Shown here: one piece after another, positions 18,244 through 28,695 of the stretch
Numbering within the stretch: position 1 is the first letter of the stretch
Layout of the letters: every line of letters starts with the position of its first letter
NCBI GenBank assembly: GCA_963796285.1
Contig: CAWCKW010000012.1
Span: forward strand, 960,001-1,024,000
Length of the DNA stretch: 64,000 nt
Source of the DNA: Nitrospirota bacterium
Lineage (GTDB): Bacteria; Nitrospirota; UBA9217
Reading direction: 5' to 3'
Translations under genes and position numbers: made by a program
Notes under the pieces: model-generated
Told to the model about the DNA's origin: nothing
Seen by the model: only the letters and a program-made list of their open reading frames with translations
Databases searched by the model: none

Positions 18244-19765
18244 ATGATTCAAAAAATTAATAAAATTTTCATCAGTTTTACAAATCGAGCGGAAAAAATA
18301 GATCACAAGTCATTTGTGGATAGTTTCGTTGACGTTGGCCCACTCTTTACGGTACTTTCAACCACTGAAATCAAATACTTTATGGACGCCGGGGTACAGG
18401 GAAGACACATGCGCTTGTGTATTAAGCTGAATCAAAACGAAGTGTTGGAGACGTACCGATTTATAAAGACCTTAGAAATCGGCTCTACAGGTGGTCTCTA
18501 TTCAGACCCTCTGGTGCCTTTCCCCGAAAGAGCCACACGATTACTTGTTGATACTCTCGTCGCTATTCACGGTGAATTGATTGATGCTGCTCTCAATGAA
18601 AGTACGAGGATTGATTAGTCAAGTATCAACTGTTCTTGATGACATGGCTGATTATATCCGAGGTCGTTGGTGCAGCAGAAGAAGAAGTGTCCGTAACCGG
18701 TACACATAAAACGACATCGGCTGAGGAGGCAGGTGTAAGCTTCACACCTAAAACAGTTTCTGTTACGGCGACAACAAAGGATATGCAGGAGCAACAAGAG
18801 CAGGGTTCATATCGATTGAAAATTACCGGCTCACAGTTCCATCGCATTCATTTTGGTCGCGTGGGGGACGTGTTTTCCCGTTTAATGAAGGTCTTGAATG
18901 GAAAAAGGTTTGATTCTGCTTGATGAAGGAGTGTTATTATTTTGAATTACAACCATATTGGCAGATTTATCAGAAGAAGCTTATTCCTGTTCAACATTAC
19001 AATTAAGATAGGCGCTATCGAAAAAAGAAGTAAATTCCAGCAAGCTCTTGAGGCGGGCGATTATCGCGGTATAGAACTCGGGGGTGATGCATCAGCACAT
19101 TTGAACATGGACGAATTCAAGGTATTTGATAATGATGTAGCGACGCTGTGGCTTTATTCCAGAATGTCATTTAGCGACATTATCTTCGATTGCAGATCAA
19201 GCTAATGACCCCGCCCTTCCTAATTCGAGCTTCGGCTTTAATCCGCAGCGATTTACGCGGAAAATGTTTTTCGCGAGCTTGACCGGCGGCGGAAGGTATA
19301 CCTCGTGATGGATTTTACATATTATGCTGGCAGCTCAAAGTGATTTCTCAAAACCTATTTCAATTGAAATTGTGAGAAAGGCCAGCAAAACATGGTATCA
19401 ACGCGACAAAGAATCAGCCGTATCGGCTAATGCAAAAGTACTGCAACTTTTACACTGGATAATCGATAACGTAATAGCACATAGGCGATCGCGTGCATTT
19501 TTGTTGCAGAGAACTGTATCGGCGGCTTTAATAGACTATCTTTTCGATGCAAGAGTACTGCATCTATTGAAGCGAAATGTCGCTGCGCACGATACGCCGG
19601 GGATTAGATACGATGTCTACAAAATTGATTATGGCTGTTATGTCGACCTCCTTGCAACAGCAAAATCACCTTTGGGCCTTCTTGAAACGGATTGGAACGC
19701 ATATTAATATTCCACCAGATGATTATAGGGCCATTCGGCGCGCCATTCTGGACATAGATATGTGA
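18244..19765 (+). pseudogene. Frameshifted P-loop AAA ATPase (ORC-CDC6-like), probable first cassette
   Basis: Walker A QILYGRRGTGKT and Walker B ILLDE read in shifted frames; C-terminal YKIDYGCYV; AT-rich; split over several ORFs. Confidence 0.65.
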
Positions 19766-19825
19766 AAATGATCTTTCAATAACATCACAAATTGACTAAT
19801 AAACCAGGTGTCAGCCTTGAATCGG

Positions 19826-19852
19826 CTTGGGCGCGTGACCCGCGTGTTAGGC
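19826..19852 (+). mobile_element. Partial attC (right half only)
   Basis: gcgcgtgacccgcgtGTTAGGC; this core is complementary to GCCTAAC of the next attC. Confidence 0.55.
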
Positions 19853-19878
19853 CCTGGAAGTACAGAGAGGAGAGCACG

Positions 19879-20223
19879 ATGAGCAACGAACAGGTGGCAC
19901 CTGAGACGAAAGGTGTTACGGTGAAGTTACTTGCAACGGTTGACCTTGGCCCTGAGATCGAGGGCATGGCAGGGCGCCAACTTCGAATGCGTATGGTGAC
20001 CATCGAGCCTGGAGGCGTCTTCGGCCCGATTCACGACCATAAAGACAGACCAGGCACCGTCTACATACTGCAAGGAACGATCACTGACCATCGAAATGGA
20101 GTCGCTACGGACTATGGGCCGGGAGTGGGCTGGCCCGAGGATAGGAACACCACACACTGGCTTGAGAACAGAGGAACGATTCCGGCGGTGGAGATCTCGG
20201 TCGATATAGTCAGGCAAGAGTAA
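19879..20223 (+). CDS. Cupin domain protein (gene cassette)
   Basis: IEPGG..GPIHDHKDRPG.VYILQG...HWLENRG; bounded by GTTAGGC and an attC. Confidence 0.85.
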   Translation: MSNEQVAPETKGVTVKLLATVDLGPEIEGMAGRQLRMRMVTIEPGGVFGPIHDHKDRPGTVYILQGTITDHRNGVATDYGPGVGWPEDRNTTHWLENRGTIPAVEISVDIVRQE

Positions 20224-20251
20224 GCTCAGGCCCGACATCTAACACGGTCGG

Positions 20252-20329
20252 GCCTAACACGCGGCTCAACCGGACGCGCTTCAGTCGGCTTCGCCTCCTT
20301 TCGCGCGCCGGTTAGCCACAACGTTAGTC
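20252..20329 (+). mobile_element. Integron attC site
   Basis: R'' GCCTAAC, L'' GCTCAACC / L' GGTTAGC with an extrahelical C, ccggAcgcgc / gcgcgccgg with an extrahelical A, R' GTTAGTC. Confidence 0.88.
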
Positions 20330-20348
20330 CTATCACAAGGAGATTCTC

Positions 20349-21182
20349 ATGAGTTTATTTACGATCGACGAAAAGAAGTGCAAACGCGACGGAATCTGTG
20401 TCGCAGAATGTCCCCTCAAGCTCATCGAGATGAAGGACAGTGCCTCATCGCCGACGCCTACTGCCGATGCGGACGAGCGGTGTGTGCGATGCGGGCATTG
20501 CGTAGCTGTCTGCCCGCACGGGGCTTTTACGCACAACGCTATCAAGACCGGGGATTTTTCTCCGATCAGAAAAGACTTAGCTCTTACGAATGAACAGGCC
20601 GAGTATTTCCTTAGATCGCGGCGCTCCATCCGCACGTATCAGGACAAGCCGATCGAGCGCGAGAAACTCGAAAAGCTCATCAGCATCGCCCGCTATGCTC
20701 CCACGGGCGGCAACAGCCAGCAGATAAAATGGCTTGTCGTGAACGAGGGAAAAGACGTGAAGAAAATGGCGGGGCTTGTCGTTGACCTGTTTCGGTATAT
20801 GATCGAAAAGAAACATCCCCTGGCGGAACAGTATCGCCTCTCCAAAACGGTGACTGCGTGGGAATCTGGCATAGATGGCATCACCCGGGGTGCGCCAGCG
20901 CTCATCGTCGCCTATGCGCCCAAAGACTACGGACTTGCCCAGGTTGATTGCGCATCAGCGCTATCCTATCTTGACCTTGCCGCACCGACGCTCGGCCTCG
21001 GTTCCTGCTGGGCGGGTTTCCTGATGGTTGCAGCCGCACAGTGGCCGCCGTTTCAGCAGGCACTCGCGCTTCCCGAGGGATACCTGAGCTTCGGAATCAT
21101 GATGATCGGTTATCCGAAATACAAGTATCATCGGTTGCCTCCCCGGAATGAGGCGAACATCACATGGTTGAATACACCGTAG
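20349..21182 (+). CDS. Nitroreductase with N-terminal 4Fe-4S ferredoxin domain
   Basis: CKRDGICVAECP, CVRCGHCVAVCP, RRSIR, APTGGNSQ, GLGSCWAG. Confidence 0.9.
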   Translation: MSLFTIDEKKCKRDGICVAECPLKLIEMKDSASSPTPTADADERCVRCGHCVAVCPHGAFTHNAIKTGDFSPIRKDLALTNEQAEYFLRSRRSIRTYQDKPIEREKLEKLISIARYAPTGGNSQQIKWLVVNEGKDVKKMAGLVVDLFRYMIEKKHPLAEQYRLSKTVTAWESGIDGITRGAPALIVAYAPKDYGLAQVDCASALSYLDLAAPTLGLGSCWAGFLMVAAAQWPPFQQALALPEGYLSFGIMMIGYPKYKYHRLPPRNEANITWLNTP

Positions 21183-21547
21183 TCCTGCTTGTCAGGGGAG
21201 CCAATGGGTCAGGACCTTCGTGTTGACAATTTGGGGACAAGCGATAGCTTGACCAGAATATGGTAGAAGCTATTTAAATATATAAGTGCAGACAGAGTGA
21301 AATTGCCGGGCCTGATCTGCACGTCTCTATGGTGAGCAATATCCTTCGTTTCAGCGATTGATAGCATGACAATAGACCTGCCTCTCCTGCCCCTATTTAT
21401 TCTCCCATACGGATAACGCATGAATAATTTGACTCGCGGCCATTGCTAAAAGATAACCGCTGTTGTGCCATTTTTTCACAAAAAGTGATAAACTACATTC
21501 AGACATAAAACAGTACTGTGTTGGCAACATGATTGGGAGGAACAATT

Positions 21548-23311
21548 ATGGCACAACATAAATGGATACATGTCTGCACCCTTTGAGTGATGATCGTTTT
21601 GTCAGTAATGGCATCGACCTCGACGGCCGCCGAGAAAAATGGACCCTGCAATAAAATCATAGAGGCCTGCAAGAACGCGGGCTTTGTACAGGGAGGCACG
21701 TCGGAAGGTATCGGTCTTATCGTGGATTGTGTTAATCCGATCATGCAGGGGAAGGCCAAGCCGCACAAGGCGAGCAAGGTGTTGCCGCAAGTCGATCATG
21801 AACTGGTGGAGGCTTGCAAAGCTAGGAACCCGGACTTTGGACAGGCGAAAGCTCATACATCGGAAAGCGACGACCAATCTTCCCCTGTGATCCCATTGCC
21901 TGCTGTTCCCTCGGCTAAGACGAATAATTCAGTTAAAGGTCCGAACGTCGTGTTTATCCTGACCGATGATCTTTCGCTCAACCTGGTGCAGTACATGCCG
22001 CACGTCCTCAAGATGCAGAAGGACGGCGTCACGTTTTCCAATTACTTTGTGACCGATTCGCTCTGCTGTCCCTCTCGCTCATCGATCTTCACCGGGCGCT
22101 ACCCGCACGACACCGGCGTGTTCAGGAACAAGGGCAAAGACGGCGGTTATTTGGTATTTCGAGATCGCGGGCTTGAACGGGTAACGTTCGCCTTTGCGCT
22201 CTCAGCTGCCGGATATCGCACTGCCATGCTTGGCAAATATTTAAACGAGTATCAGCCTGCAGAGCATCCAGCCTGCTCCAGGCTGGACGACCTGGGCAGT
22301 GGCGGGCAATGGTTATCCGGAATTTAACTACAAACTCAGGCAGGACAGCACAGTCGTGCACTATGGAAGGAAGCCAACGGACTACCTCACCGACGTTCTC
22401 TCCCATTTGGCAGTGCGCTTCATCAAGGAGAAGCCGGATCAGCCGTTTTTGATCGAGGTTGCGACCTTTGCGCCGCATGCGCCGTATACGCCCGCGCCGC
22501 GCGACCTTGATGCATTTCCGGGACTGCGCGCTCCTCGAACGCAGGCATTTAATGCCGCGCCTGATGCAAACGACCCCAATGGCTGCGCGAGATCCCGCCC
22601 ATTACCGAGGCCGAGATGACCGCTATTGACGCTGATTTTCGCAAACGCGCCCAATCAGTACTGGCTGTTGACAAAATGATCGGCGAGCTGCAGGCGGCTG
22701 TGGCAGCGATCGGCCAGGAGAAGAACACCTACTTCGTCTTCAGCTCCGACAATGGCTACCACATGGGCGAACATCGCTTGAGGCCGGGGAAGATGACCGC
22801 GTTCGATACTGATATCCATGTTCCGCTGGTCGTCACGGGACCGGGAGTTCCGGCCGGCCGAATGATCGATGAGATCGCGGAGAACATCGATCTTTGCCAA
22901 ACCTATACCGAACTTGCGGGTGTCGTGCCCCCCGCGAATGTAGACGGCCACAGCCTGGTGCCTTTACTTCACGGCCAGGAAATCGCAGATTGGCGGGATG
23001 CTGTGCTGATCGAACACCACGGGTGGCCGCAGAGACCGAACAGACCCGGACTCACCTGCCCACCGCTCAGGAAACCCGCCCACGTATGAAGCAATCCGGA
23101 CGCTGACGTCGATTTACGTGGAATACGCCACTGGGGAGAAAGAGGTACCACGACCTCGTCACAGACCCGTACGAGCAGCGTAATACCTTCTCGTCACTGC
23201 CCGAACGAGGAGAAGAAGTTGCTGCACACGGTGCTCGAAGCGATCAAGAACTGCCATGACGCTAAGACCTGCTGGGCTGCAGAGCATGCGAATTTTAGCG
23301 CAATGCGATAG
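21548..23311 (+). pseudogene. Sulfatase (N-acetylglucosamine-6-sulfatase-like), interrupted
   Basis: PNVVFILTDD, LCCPSRSSIFTGRY, SSDNGYHMG; in-frame TGA near the start and several frameshifts. Confidence 0.8.
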
Positions 23312-23663
23312 CAGATAACGGCTATCGCTCCTGGATCGAGGTTGCCGATTGCAAGCTTAATTTGTTTTTTTATTAAAATAATAACGAACTTACTTTCTAT
23401 TGCACAATCATTACGCTTATCGCATTCTGTTCAGAACATAGGCGGGATAAATCGGCAGAGATAGCGAACTGTACCAACCGGTCGAGAGGGCGCTGCACCT
23501 TTCACCATCGTGCGTAGGAGTTCACGTAAAATTAAATCTATGCGAATATTGATGGGTGACTAATGCCGATTGTTAATGAATCGTTCCCTGAGATAGCTTC
23601 ATGACGTGCTTAAACATATAACGGCCTGCCATCCGACAGCACAACTCACAATAAAGGGTATCT

Positions 23664-24035
23664 ATGCGAAAATTTAGCGGCATGGTCTTTATCATTCTAC
23701 TAATCCTCTGCATTGCGCAAGCCGCATACTATTACCCCCTTCTTCCGGATAACGTCGCATCTCACTTCGGGGCTTCAGGCCGGCCGGACGCATGGGCGAG
23801 CAAAGAGTTCTTCGTGAAGATCTATCTCATCGCCGTTGCGTTCGTCGCGGTCCTTTTCCCTGGTGTTGGATTCATCGCATCAAAGATCCCCAACGATTTG
23901 ATCAATCTGCCGAATAAGGACTACTGGCTGTCGCCGGAGCGAAGACACGAGACTGTCGACTTCCTGGTGCGGCAATTCATATGGTTCGGTTCCGCAACGC
24001 TTATGCAATTACTAGACATCAGCATGAGTAATTAG
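23664..24035 (+). CDS. DUF1648-like membrane protein, probably C-terminally truncated
   Basis: YPLLPDNVASHFGASGRPD.W and INLPNKDYW. Confidence 0.7.
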   Translation: MRKFSGMVFIILLILCIAQAAYYYPLLPDNVASHFGASGRPDAWASKEFFVKIYLIAVAFVAVLFPGVGFIASKIPNDLINLPNKDYWLSPERRHETVDFLVRQFIWFGSATLMQLLDISMSN

Positions 24036-24240
24036 GGAGCTTCTCATAGTTAAATCAGCATAAGGCTCAATTGCCGCTTATTTTTTGATACAATAGTAAC
24101 AGGGTAGGTTATAGGAAAAGCATGATGCAATCGTATCGAAAAATGCTGTCTCGAATCTGAGCAAGAGAAGGTTATCACCGAGAACAGTGAACGTGCTTCG
24201 CACGATTCATACGTGATCTTACGTCTGATGGAATGAGAAC

Positions 24241-26127
24241 ATGATAGCAAGAATGTCGAAGGTCGAGATAGTCGGACCGCAGAGCTATTTGCAGGATGTC
24301 ATTCAGCTACTGCAAAAGCTGAATGTCCTTCAGATCGAACCCGAGCCAACGGAGCTTGCGGAAGAGGAAGCAGGAGACGATAAAATCAGGCCCTTTCTTC
24401 ATGATGAGCGGGAGAGGACTCTTTTTGAACGTCTTTTCCTGGACGATCTACGCCGCAAGATCGACGAGCTCCTTACGTATCTTCCCAAGTTGGCGGTGCG
24501 TACAAGCTATATCCAGCCACAATCGATCATCGGGACTATTCTGTATACGGTCGAGAAACACCTCAAGACCGCCAGAATGCTCCACCTGCGAAAGCTGGAG
24601 ATAAAACACGAAATGGCGGAACACGGCCACTTTGCCGCATTCCTGAACACCCTCGATACACTCCTGAAAGAGACCCATACCCCGCCTGATTTCGATATCA
24701 TCGGGCTCACCATCAAGGACGCAAGCTCGGTAGACCATGTGCGTTCGCTCGTGGCGAAGATGACGGGCGGGAACTTCCGATTTTTCACGGTACCGGCCGG
24801 AGACGGCACGCTCGCGGGGATGATCACCATTGAAAAGACCATCGCCGATTCAGTAAGCAAGGAGTTGAGCAAAGAGCATGTCCCTGAGGTGAGTTTGCCG
24901 CCGGATTTCGATAAACTTTCCCTTTCCGGGAAGATCAGTTATCTCGAAGCTCAAAACTTTACGTTGTCCAGGGAGAGCGAAACGATCAACAGGGAACTCG
25001 AAGAACTGGGGCGGCGCTGGATCCCTCTTTACCGCAGTGTTCTGGGTTGGATCGATGAGCGGATCTCGCTGCTTACGACCACGGCTACGATCTATCGTAC
25101 GCAGATGTGTTTTTATGTCCGGGGCTGGATGCCCTCGGACGACGTGGTGAGGTTGAAGGCGCAGCTGGATGCGTCATTCGGCATGCAGGTGGTCATGGAG
25201 GAAAAGCATGTTCGCGAAAAGGAGCTCGAGCATGCCCCGGTCGTTCTGGAGAACCCGCCCTACTTCAAGCCTTTTGAACTCCTGAGCCGCGTGCTTCCGC
25301 TTCCGGCATACACGTCTATCGATACGACGCCCTACATCGGAATTTTCTTTCCCATATTCTTCGGTATGATCCTCGGTGACGCGGGGTACGGCCTGCTCCT
25401 TGCCCTCCTCGCGTTCGTCCTCATCAGGCGTTATTCAAAAAACAGGGACGTTGCCGATGCGTCCAAGATACTTTTCGTGTCATCACTGTATACGATAGTG
25501 TTCGGATTGCTCTATGGTGAGCTGTTCGGCGATCTCGGCGCGAGGCTCTTCGGCCTTGAACCGCTCCTGATCGAGCGGCGGACATCGGTTGTGCCCATGA
25601 TGGTATTTGCTATCTCGGCCGGGGTGGTGCATATCCTTTTGGGTCTGGTTCTTGGCGTCATAACGGCGTTCAAGAAACATATCCGGAAAGAGGCGATCTA
25701 TAAGCTCCTGAACATCGCCGTCCTCTTCGGTATGATCGCCGTGTTCGCCTCTTTTTTCGGGTACTTTCCCGCGCTGCTTTCGAAGCCTATCATCATCGCC
25801 ATCCTGATAGCCGTCCCCTTCCTGTTTATCTTCGGCGGTCTTCTGGCGCCGCTTGAACTGCTTAAGAGCATCGGGAATATCATTTCATATGTCAGGATCA
25901 TGGCCATCGGCCTCACGTCGGTCCTGCTTGCATATGTGGCAAACCAATTGGCGGGGGAAATGGGTAATGTTGTTCTCGGAGTGGCAGTGGCCGCGCTGCT
26001 TCACCTGCTCAACATTATCCTCGGCGTGTTCTCACCGACGATCCATTCGCTCAGGCTCCATTACGTCGAGTTCTTCAGCAAGTTTGTGGAAAGCGGAGGG
26101 AAAAAGTTCGAGCCTCTTGGGAAATAG
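24241..26127 (+). CDS. V/A-type ATPase subunit I (orphan)
   Basis: FFGMILGDAGYG, ISYVRIMAIGL, HSLRLHYVEFFSKF. Confidence 0.9.
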   Translation: MIARMSKVEIVGPQSYLQDVIQLLQKLNVLQIEPEPTELAEEEAGDDKIRPFLHDERERTLFERLFLDDLRRKIDELLTYLPKLAVRTSYIQPQSIIGTILYTVEKHLKTARMLHLRKLEIKHEMAEHGHFAAFLNTLDTLLKETHTPPDFDIIGLTIKDASSVDHVRSLVAKMTGGNFRFFTVPAGDGTLAGMITIEKTIADSVSKELSKEHVPEVSLPPDFDKLSLSGKISYLEAQNFTLSRESETINRELEELGRRWIPLYRSVLGWIDERISLLTTTATIYRTQMCFYVRGWMPSDDVVRLKAQLDASFGMQVVMEEKHVREKELEHAPVVLENPPYFKPFELLSRVLPLPAYTSIDTTPYIGIFFPIFFGMILGDAGYGLLLALLAFVLIRRYSKNRDVADASKILFVSSLYTIVFGLLYGELFGDLGARLFGLEPLLIERRTSVVPMMVFAISAGVVHILLGLVLGVITAFKKHIRKEAIYKLLNIAVLFGMIAVFASFFGYFPALLSKPIIIAILIAVPFLFIFGGLLAPLELLKSIGNIISYVRIMAIGLTSVLLAYVANQLAGEMGNVVLGVAVAALLHLLNIILGVFSPTIHSLRLHYVEFFSKFVESGGKKFEPLGK

Positions 26128-26220
26128 TCGCATAGGTCGCTGTGAAGCGCGCCCACACCCGCGCAAGAGACGATCGCAGCATGTAGGAAACCACACTTCC
26201 ATTGATAAGGAGGAACAATT

Positions 26221-26730
26221 ATGGATCCCGTCGTTCACTTTGAGTTGCCGTACGACAATCGGGTGCGTATGGCTAAATTCTATGAGTCAGTATTCGGTTG
26301 GCAAACGCAGTTGCTTGCCGAAGATATGGGCAATTATGTCCTTGCAACCACCACTGAAACCGACGAGAGCGGCCCCAAAAAAAATGGCGTGATCAATGGG
26401 GGATTTTACCCGAAAAAACCCGATTGGCCCGCACAATATCCATCAATAGTTATCGCGGTGGAAGATGTCATCAAAAAGCGCTTTTCACGCGAGGTGCAGG
26501 TCCATGGGAGTTGCGGCCTAGCCCAAACGCTGATCGCGAACGACCTCATTGACAAGTACAGGTTTTTGACTTTTCCGATGGTCCTCGGCATGGGGAAGCG
26601 GCTGTTCGGCGTCGGCGCCGTGCCGGCTATGCTCACGCTCGTGAGAACCAATACCACGAGCAAGGGCGTAATTGTGAGTGTTTATCGCCGCGCGGGGAGT
26701 CTCAAGACAGGCTCGTTTGCACTCGATTAA
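26221..26730 (+). CDS. Chimeric ORF: VOC/glyoxalase N-terminal half fused to DHFR/RibD-C C-terminal half
   Basis: PVVHFELP...FYESVFGW...INGG followed by VQVHGS..LAQTL...LID.YR...PMVLG.GKRLF. Confidence 0.7.
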   Translation: MDPVVHFELPYDNRVRMAKFYESVFGWQTQLLAEDMGNYVLATTTETDESGPKKNGVINGGFYPKKPDWPAQYPSIVIAVEDVIKKRFSREVQVHGSCGLAQTLIANDLIDKYRFLTFPMVLGMGKRLFGVGAVPAMLTLVRTNTTSKGVIVSVYRRAGSLKTGSFALD

Positions 26731-26850
26731 AATACCAACCGTGGCCAACGGTTGCATCGACAAGCGGGTATTTCAAGTGGGGTGCTGGAACATGGCAATT
26801 ACTGAAATGAATTTCGTCCAATAATTCATTTATACTGATACTGAAGAAAT

Positions 26851-27264
26851 TCAATATACATTGTCCTTCCGTTGGACGATAAAATCGTGAATCTCCACGA
26901 ACACATTAAACCAGGTTGCATCCGCGACTGTCTTGATACTTGCTCCGATGAGGAAAGCCGGTCCATTTTTTCTGCAATATTTTACGGCGATACCAAAAGA
27001 AATGTCCCGCGACAGCAAGCGGGAAATAGTTATGATGCACTCAGCATGGGTGTCGACATCGAACGGCTCCGTGCATTCGAACAGGATGCCGTGGCGGCTG
27101 AAGTTGTTCAAGACAGCTGGGACGAAATCGTTGCCAGCTTTTACGCGCAGCTGAACATATCGCTGATAGAAGGCCGGGACCTCGTATCGTTTATCCAACC
27201 TTTTATCGGAATTGTCACCCTCTGCTAATCGTTCTTGATCATTTGCGCTCTGTTCATCAGACAT
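26851..27264 (-). CDS. PilZ-like domain protein
   Basis: KRLDKRY...NFSRHG (RxxxR / NxSxxG); GGAGG ribosome-binding site. Confidence 0.7.
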   Translation of the reverse strand: MSDEQSANDQERLAEGDNSDKRLDKRYEVPAFYQRYVQLRVKAGNDFVPAVLNNFSRHGILFECTEPFDVDTHAECIITISRLLSRDISFGIAVKYCRKNGPAFLIGASIKTVADATWFNVFVEIHDFIVQRKDNVY

Positions 27265-27366
27265 GCTCCGACCTCCCTGAAACAATGTCTCTGAAATAGG
27301 CCCTCGATTACTTGTAGCAGAAGATGATTAAAACTTCAAGGAAATTCGCGCGGATCTTTTAGGTCC

Positions 27367-27409
27367 TATGACGTGTATCATATTTTATTAGACCGGATCG
27401 CGCTATATT
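27367..27409 (+). promoter_or_regulatory. Crp/Fnr-type site TATGAC-GTGT-ATCATA plus -10 TATATT
   Basis: 21-nt spacing identical to the other two copies. Confidence 0.65.
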
Positions 27410-27414
27410 TCAGC

Positions 27415-28341
27415 ATGAAACTGACCTCTTACAGACGGATGACGCAGGCGTTCTTCATCCTCTTCATCCTCCTCATGCCGGTGCTGAATATCTTCCGGTA
27501 TGACACGGATACCCATGACCTGATCATCCTCGGCAACGTCTGGAGCCTTGGCCTGGAGCAGGGTTTCTATGCCGACCAGAGTGCTGCCGGCGCGTTCCAT
27601 ATTGCTGTCCAGTTTTTTCTGAAGGCCATCCTGCCCTGGATCCTCGTCCTCGCCCTGTTCCCTCTCCTCGGATTCCTGACAGGACGGTTCTTTTGTGGAT
27701 GGCTCTGTCCTGAAGGCGCGCTCTTTGAGTTTGCCGACGTTCTGACACTCAAGCTCCTCGGCAGGAGAAGCCTGTATGGGAAAAAGCCGAGCGATCCCGA
27801 AGTGCCGTTGCAGAACAGGGTACCATACGGTGTCCTTGCGCTTCTGAGCATTGTCGTGATCCCGCTGGTCAATGGTGTAGCGCTCACTGGTTTTTTTGTC
27901 GCGCCCAAGACCATCTGGCACCAGATCTGGACCGGGAACTTCACCTTCGGCGTAAAGGCCGGCATTATCGGTGTTGCGATCTACATGGTCATCACGTCCA
28001 TTTTTGTCCGTCACGTGCTGTGCAAATTCGTCTGCGCAGCCGGGCTCATGCAGATGCTGTTCGGCTGGATCAGCCCGATATCTCTCAGGCTCGGTATGGA
28101 CACCGCAAGAATCTCGGAATGCACGGATTGCAAGGGCTGCGACCGTGCCTGTTTCATGAACGTGACTCCGCGAAAGAACAAGCGCGACATTTCTTGCGTG
28201 AACTGCGGAGCCTGTATCCAGGCGTGCAATAAGGAACTCGGTGCAGGCAAAGGCCTTTTCCATCTTGGTTTCGGCAAAAGGTGCGGCCTGCATCGCATTA
28301 ATTGCCGGAATATCAGTACGCGTGAAACTATCAATGTTTAG
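27415..28341 (+). CDS. Membrane 4Fe-4S protein (NapH/CcoG-like)
   Basis: GRFFCGWLCPEG, CTDCKGCDRAC, CVNCGACIQAC. Confidence 0.85.
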   Translation: MKLTSYRRMTQAFFILFILLMPVLNIFRYDTDTHDLIILGNVWSLGLEQGFYADQSAAGAFHIAVQFFLKAILPWILVLALFPLLGFLTGRFFCGWLCPEGALFEFADVLTLKLLGRRSLYGKKPSDPEVPLQNRVPYGVLALLSIVVIPLVNGVALTGFFVAPKTIWHQIWTGNFTFGVKAGIIGVAIYMVITSIFVRHVLCKFVCAAGLMQMLFGWISPISLRLGMDTARISECTDCKGCDRACFMNVTPRKNKRDISCVNCGACIQACNKELGAGKGLFHLGFGKRCGLHRINCRNISTRETINV

Positions 28342-28627
28342 ATTTCCTTGACTGTCTCCGCTGTTATGCATCAACCGCCTCTCTCAACTAAAGTATCACT
28401 CCTCTTCGCAGGACCGTCATTAAAAAACAGACGTATATAATTCTATGCACATGTTATTTTCTGCCGGAACAGGAATGATATGCGCATCGTATGCTATACT
28501 AGTATCATGATCAATAGAAATTCATTGCCGACCCATCATTTTCTTCAGAACCCGGCCCTAGTTAGGCTCTTGAATCCATCGCAGTTCGCATTTTTCAGAA
28601 ACATTTTGCACCTTCCATAAAAAGCGC

Positions 28628-28676
28628 TTGACAACAATCTCTATAGTGGTAAATTAGGGCCTTAAATACCCTAATT
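28628..28676 (+). promoter_or_regulatory. Sigma70 promoter with overlapping inverted repeat (candidate Rrf2 operator)
   Basis: TTGACA at 28628; AATTAGGG-N9-CCCTAATT at 28652-28676. Confidence 0.65.
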
Positions 28677-28695
28677 AACCTCAGGAGGTAGCGTC

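Noticed and set aside
21584-21586. In-frame TGA in the sulfatase as selenocysteine or recoding
   Set aside because: It lies in the signal peptide, no SECIS is evident, the gene has other lesions, and TGA is a normal stop elsewhere in the window.
23615-26765. Additional attC sites (ATATAAC near 23617, GCCAAC near 26743)
   Set aside because: No matching L boxes or GTT core at a plausible distance.
27403-28374. 323-aa minus-strand ORF, and similar long antisense ORFs such as 2237-2965, 12269-13093 and 53813-54625
   Set aside because: They mirror well-supported genes on the opposite strand, as expected from GC-biased codon usage.
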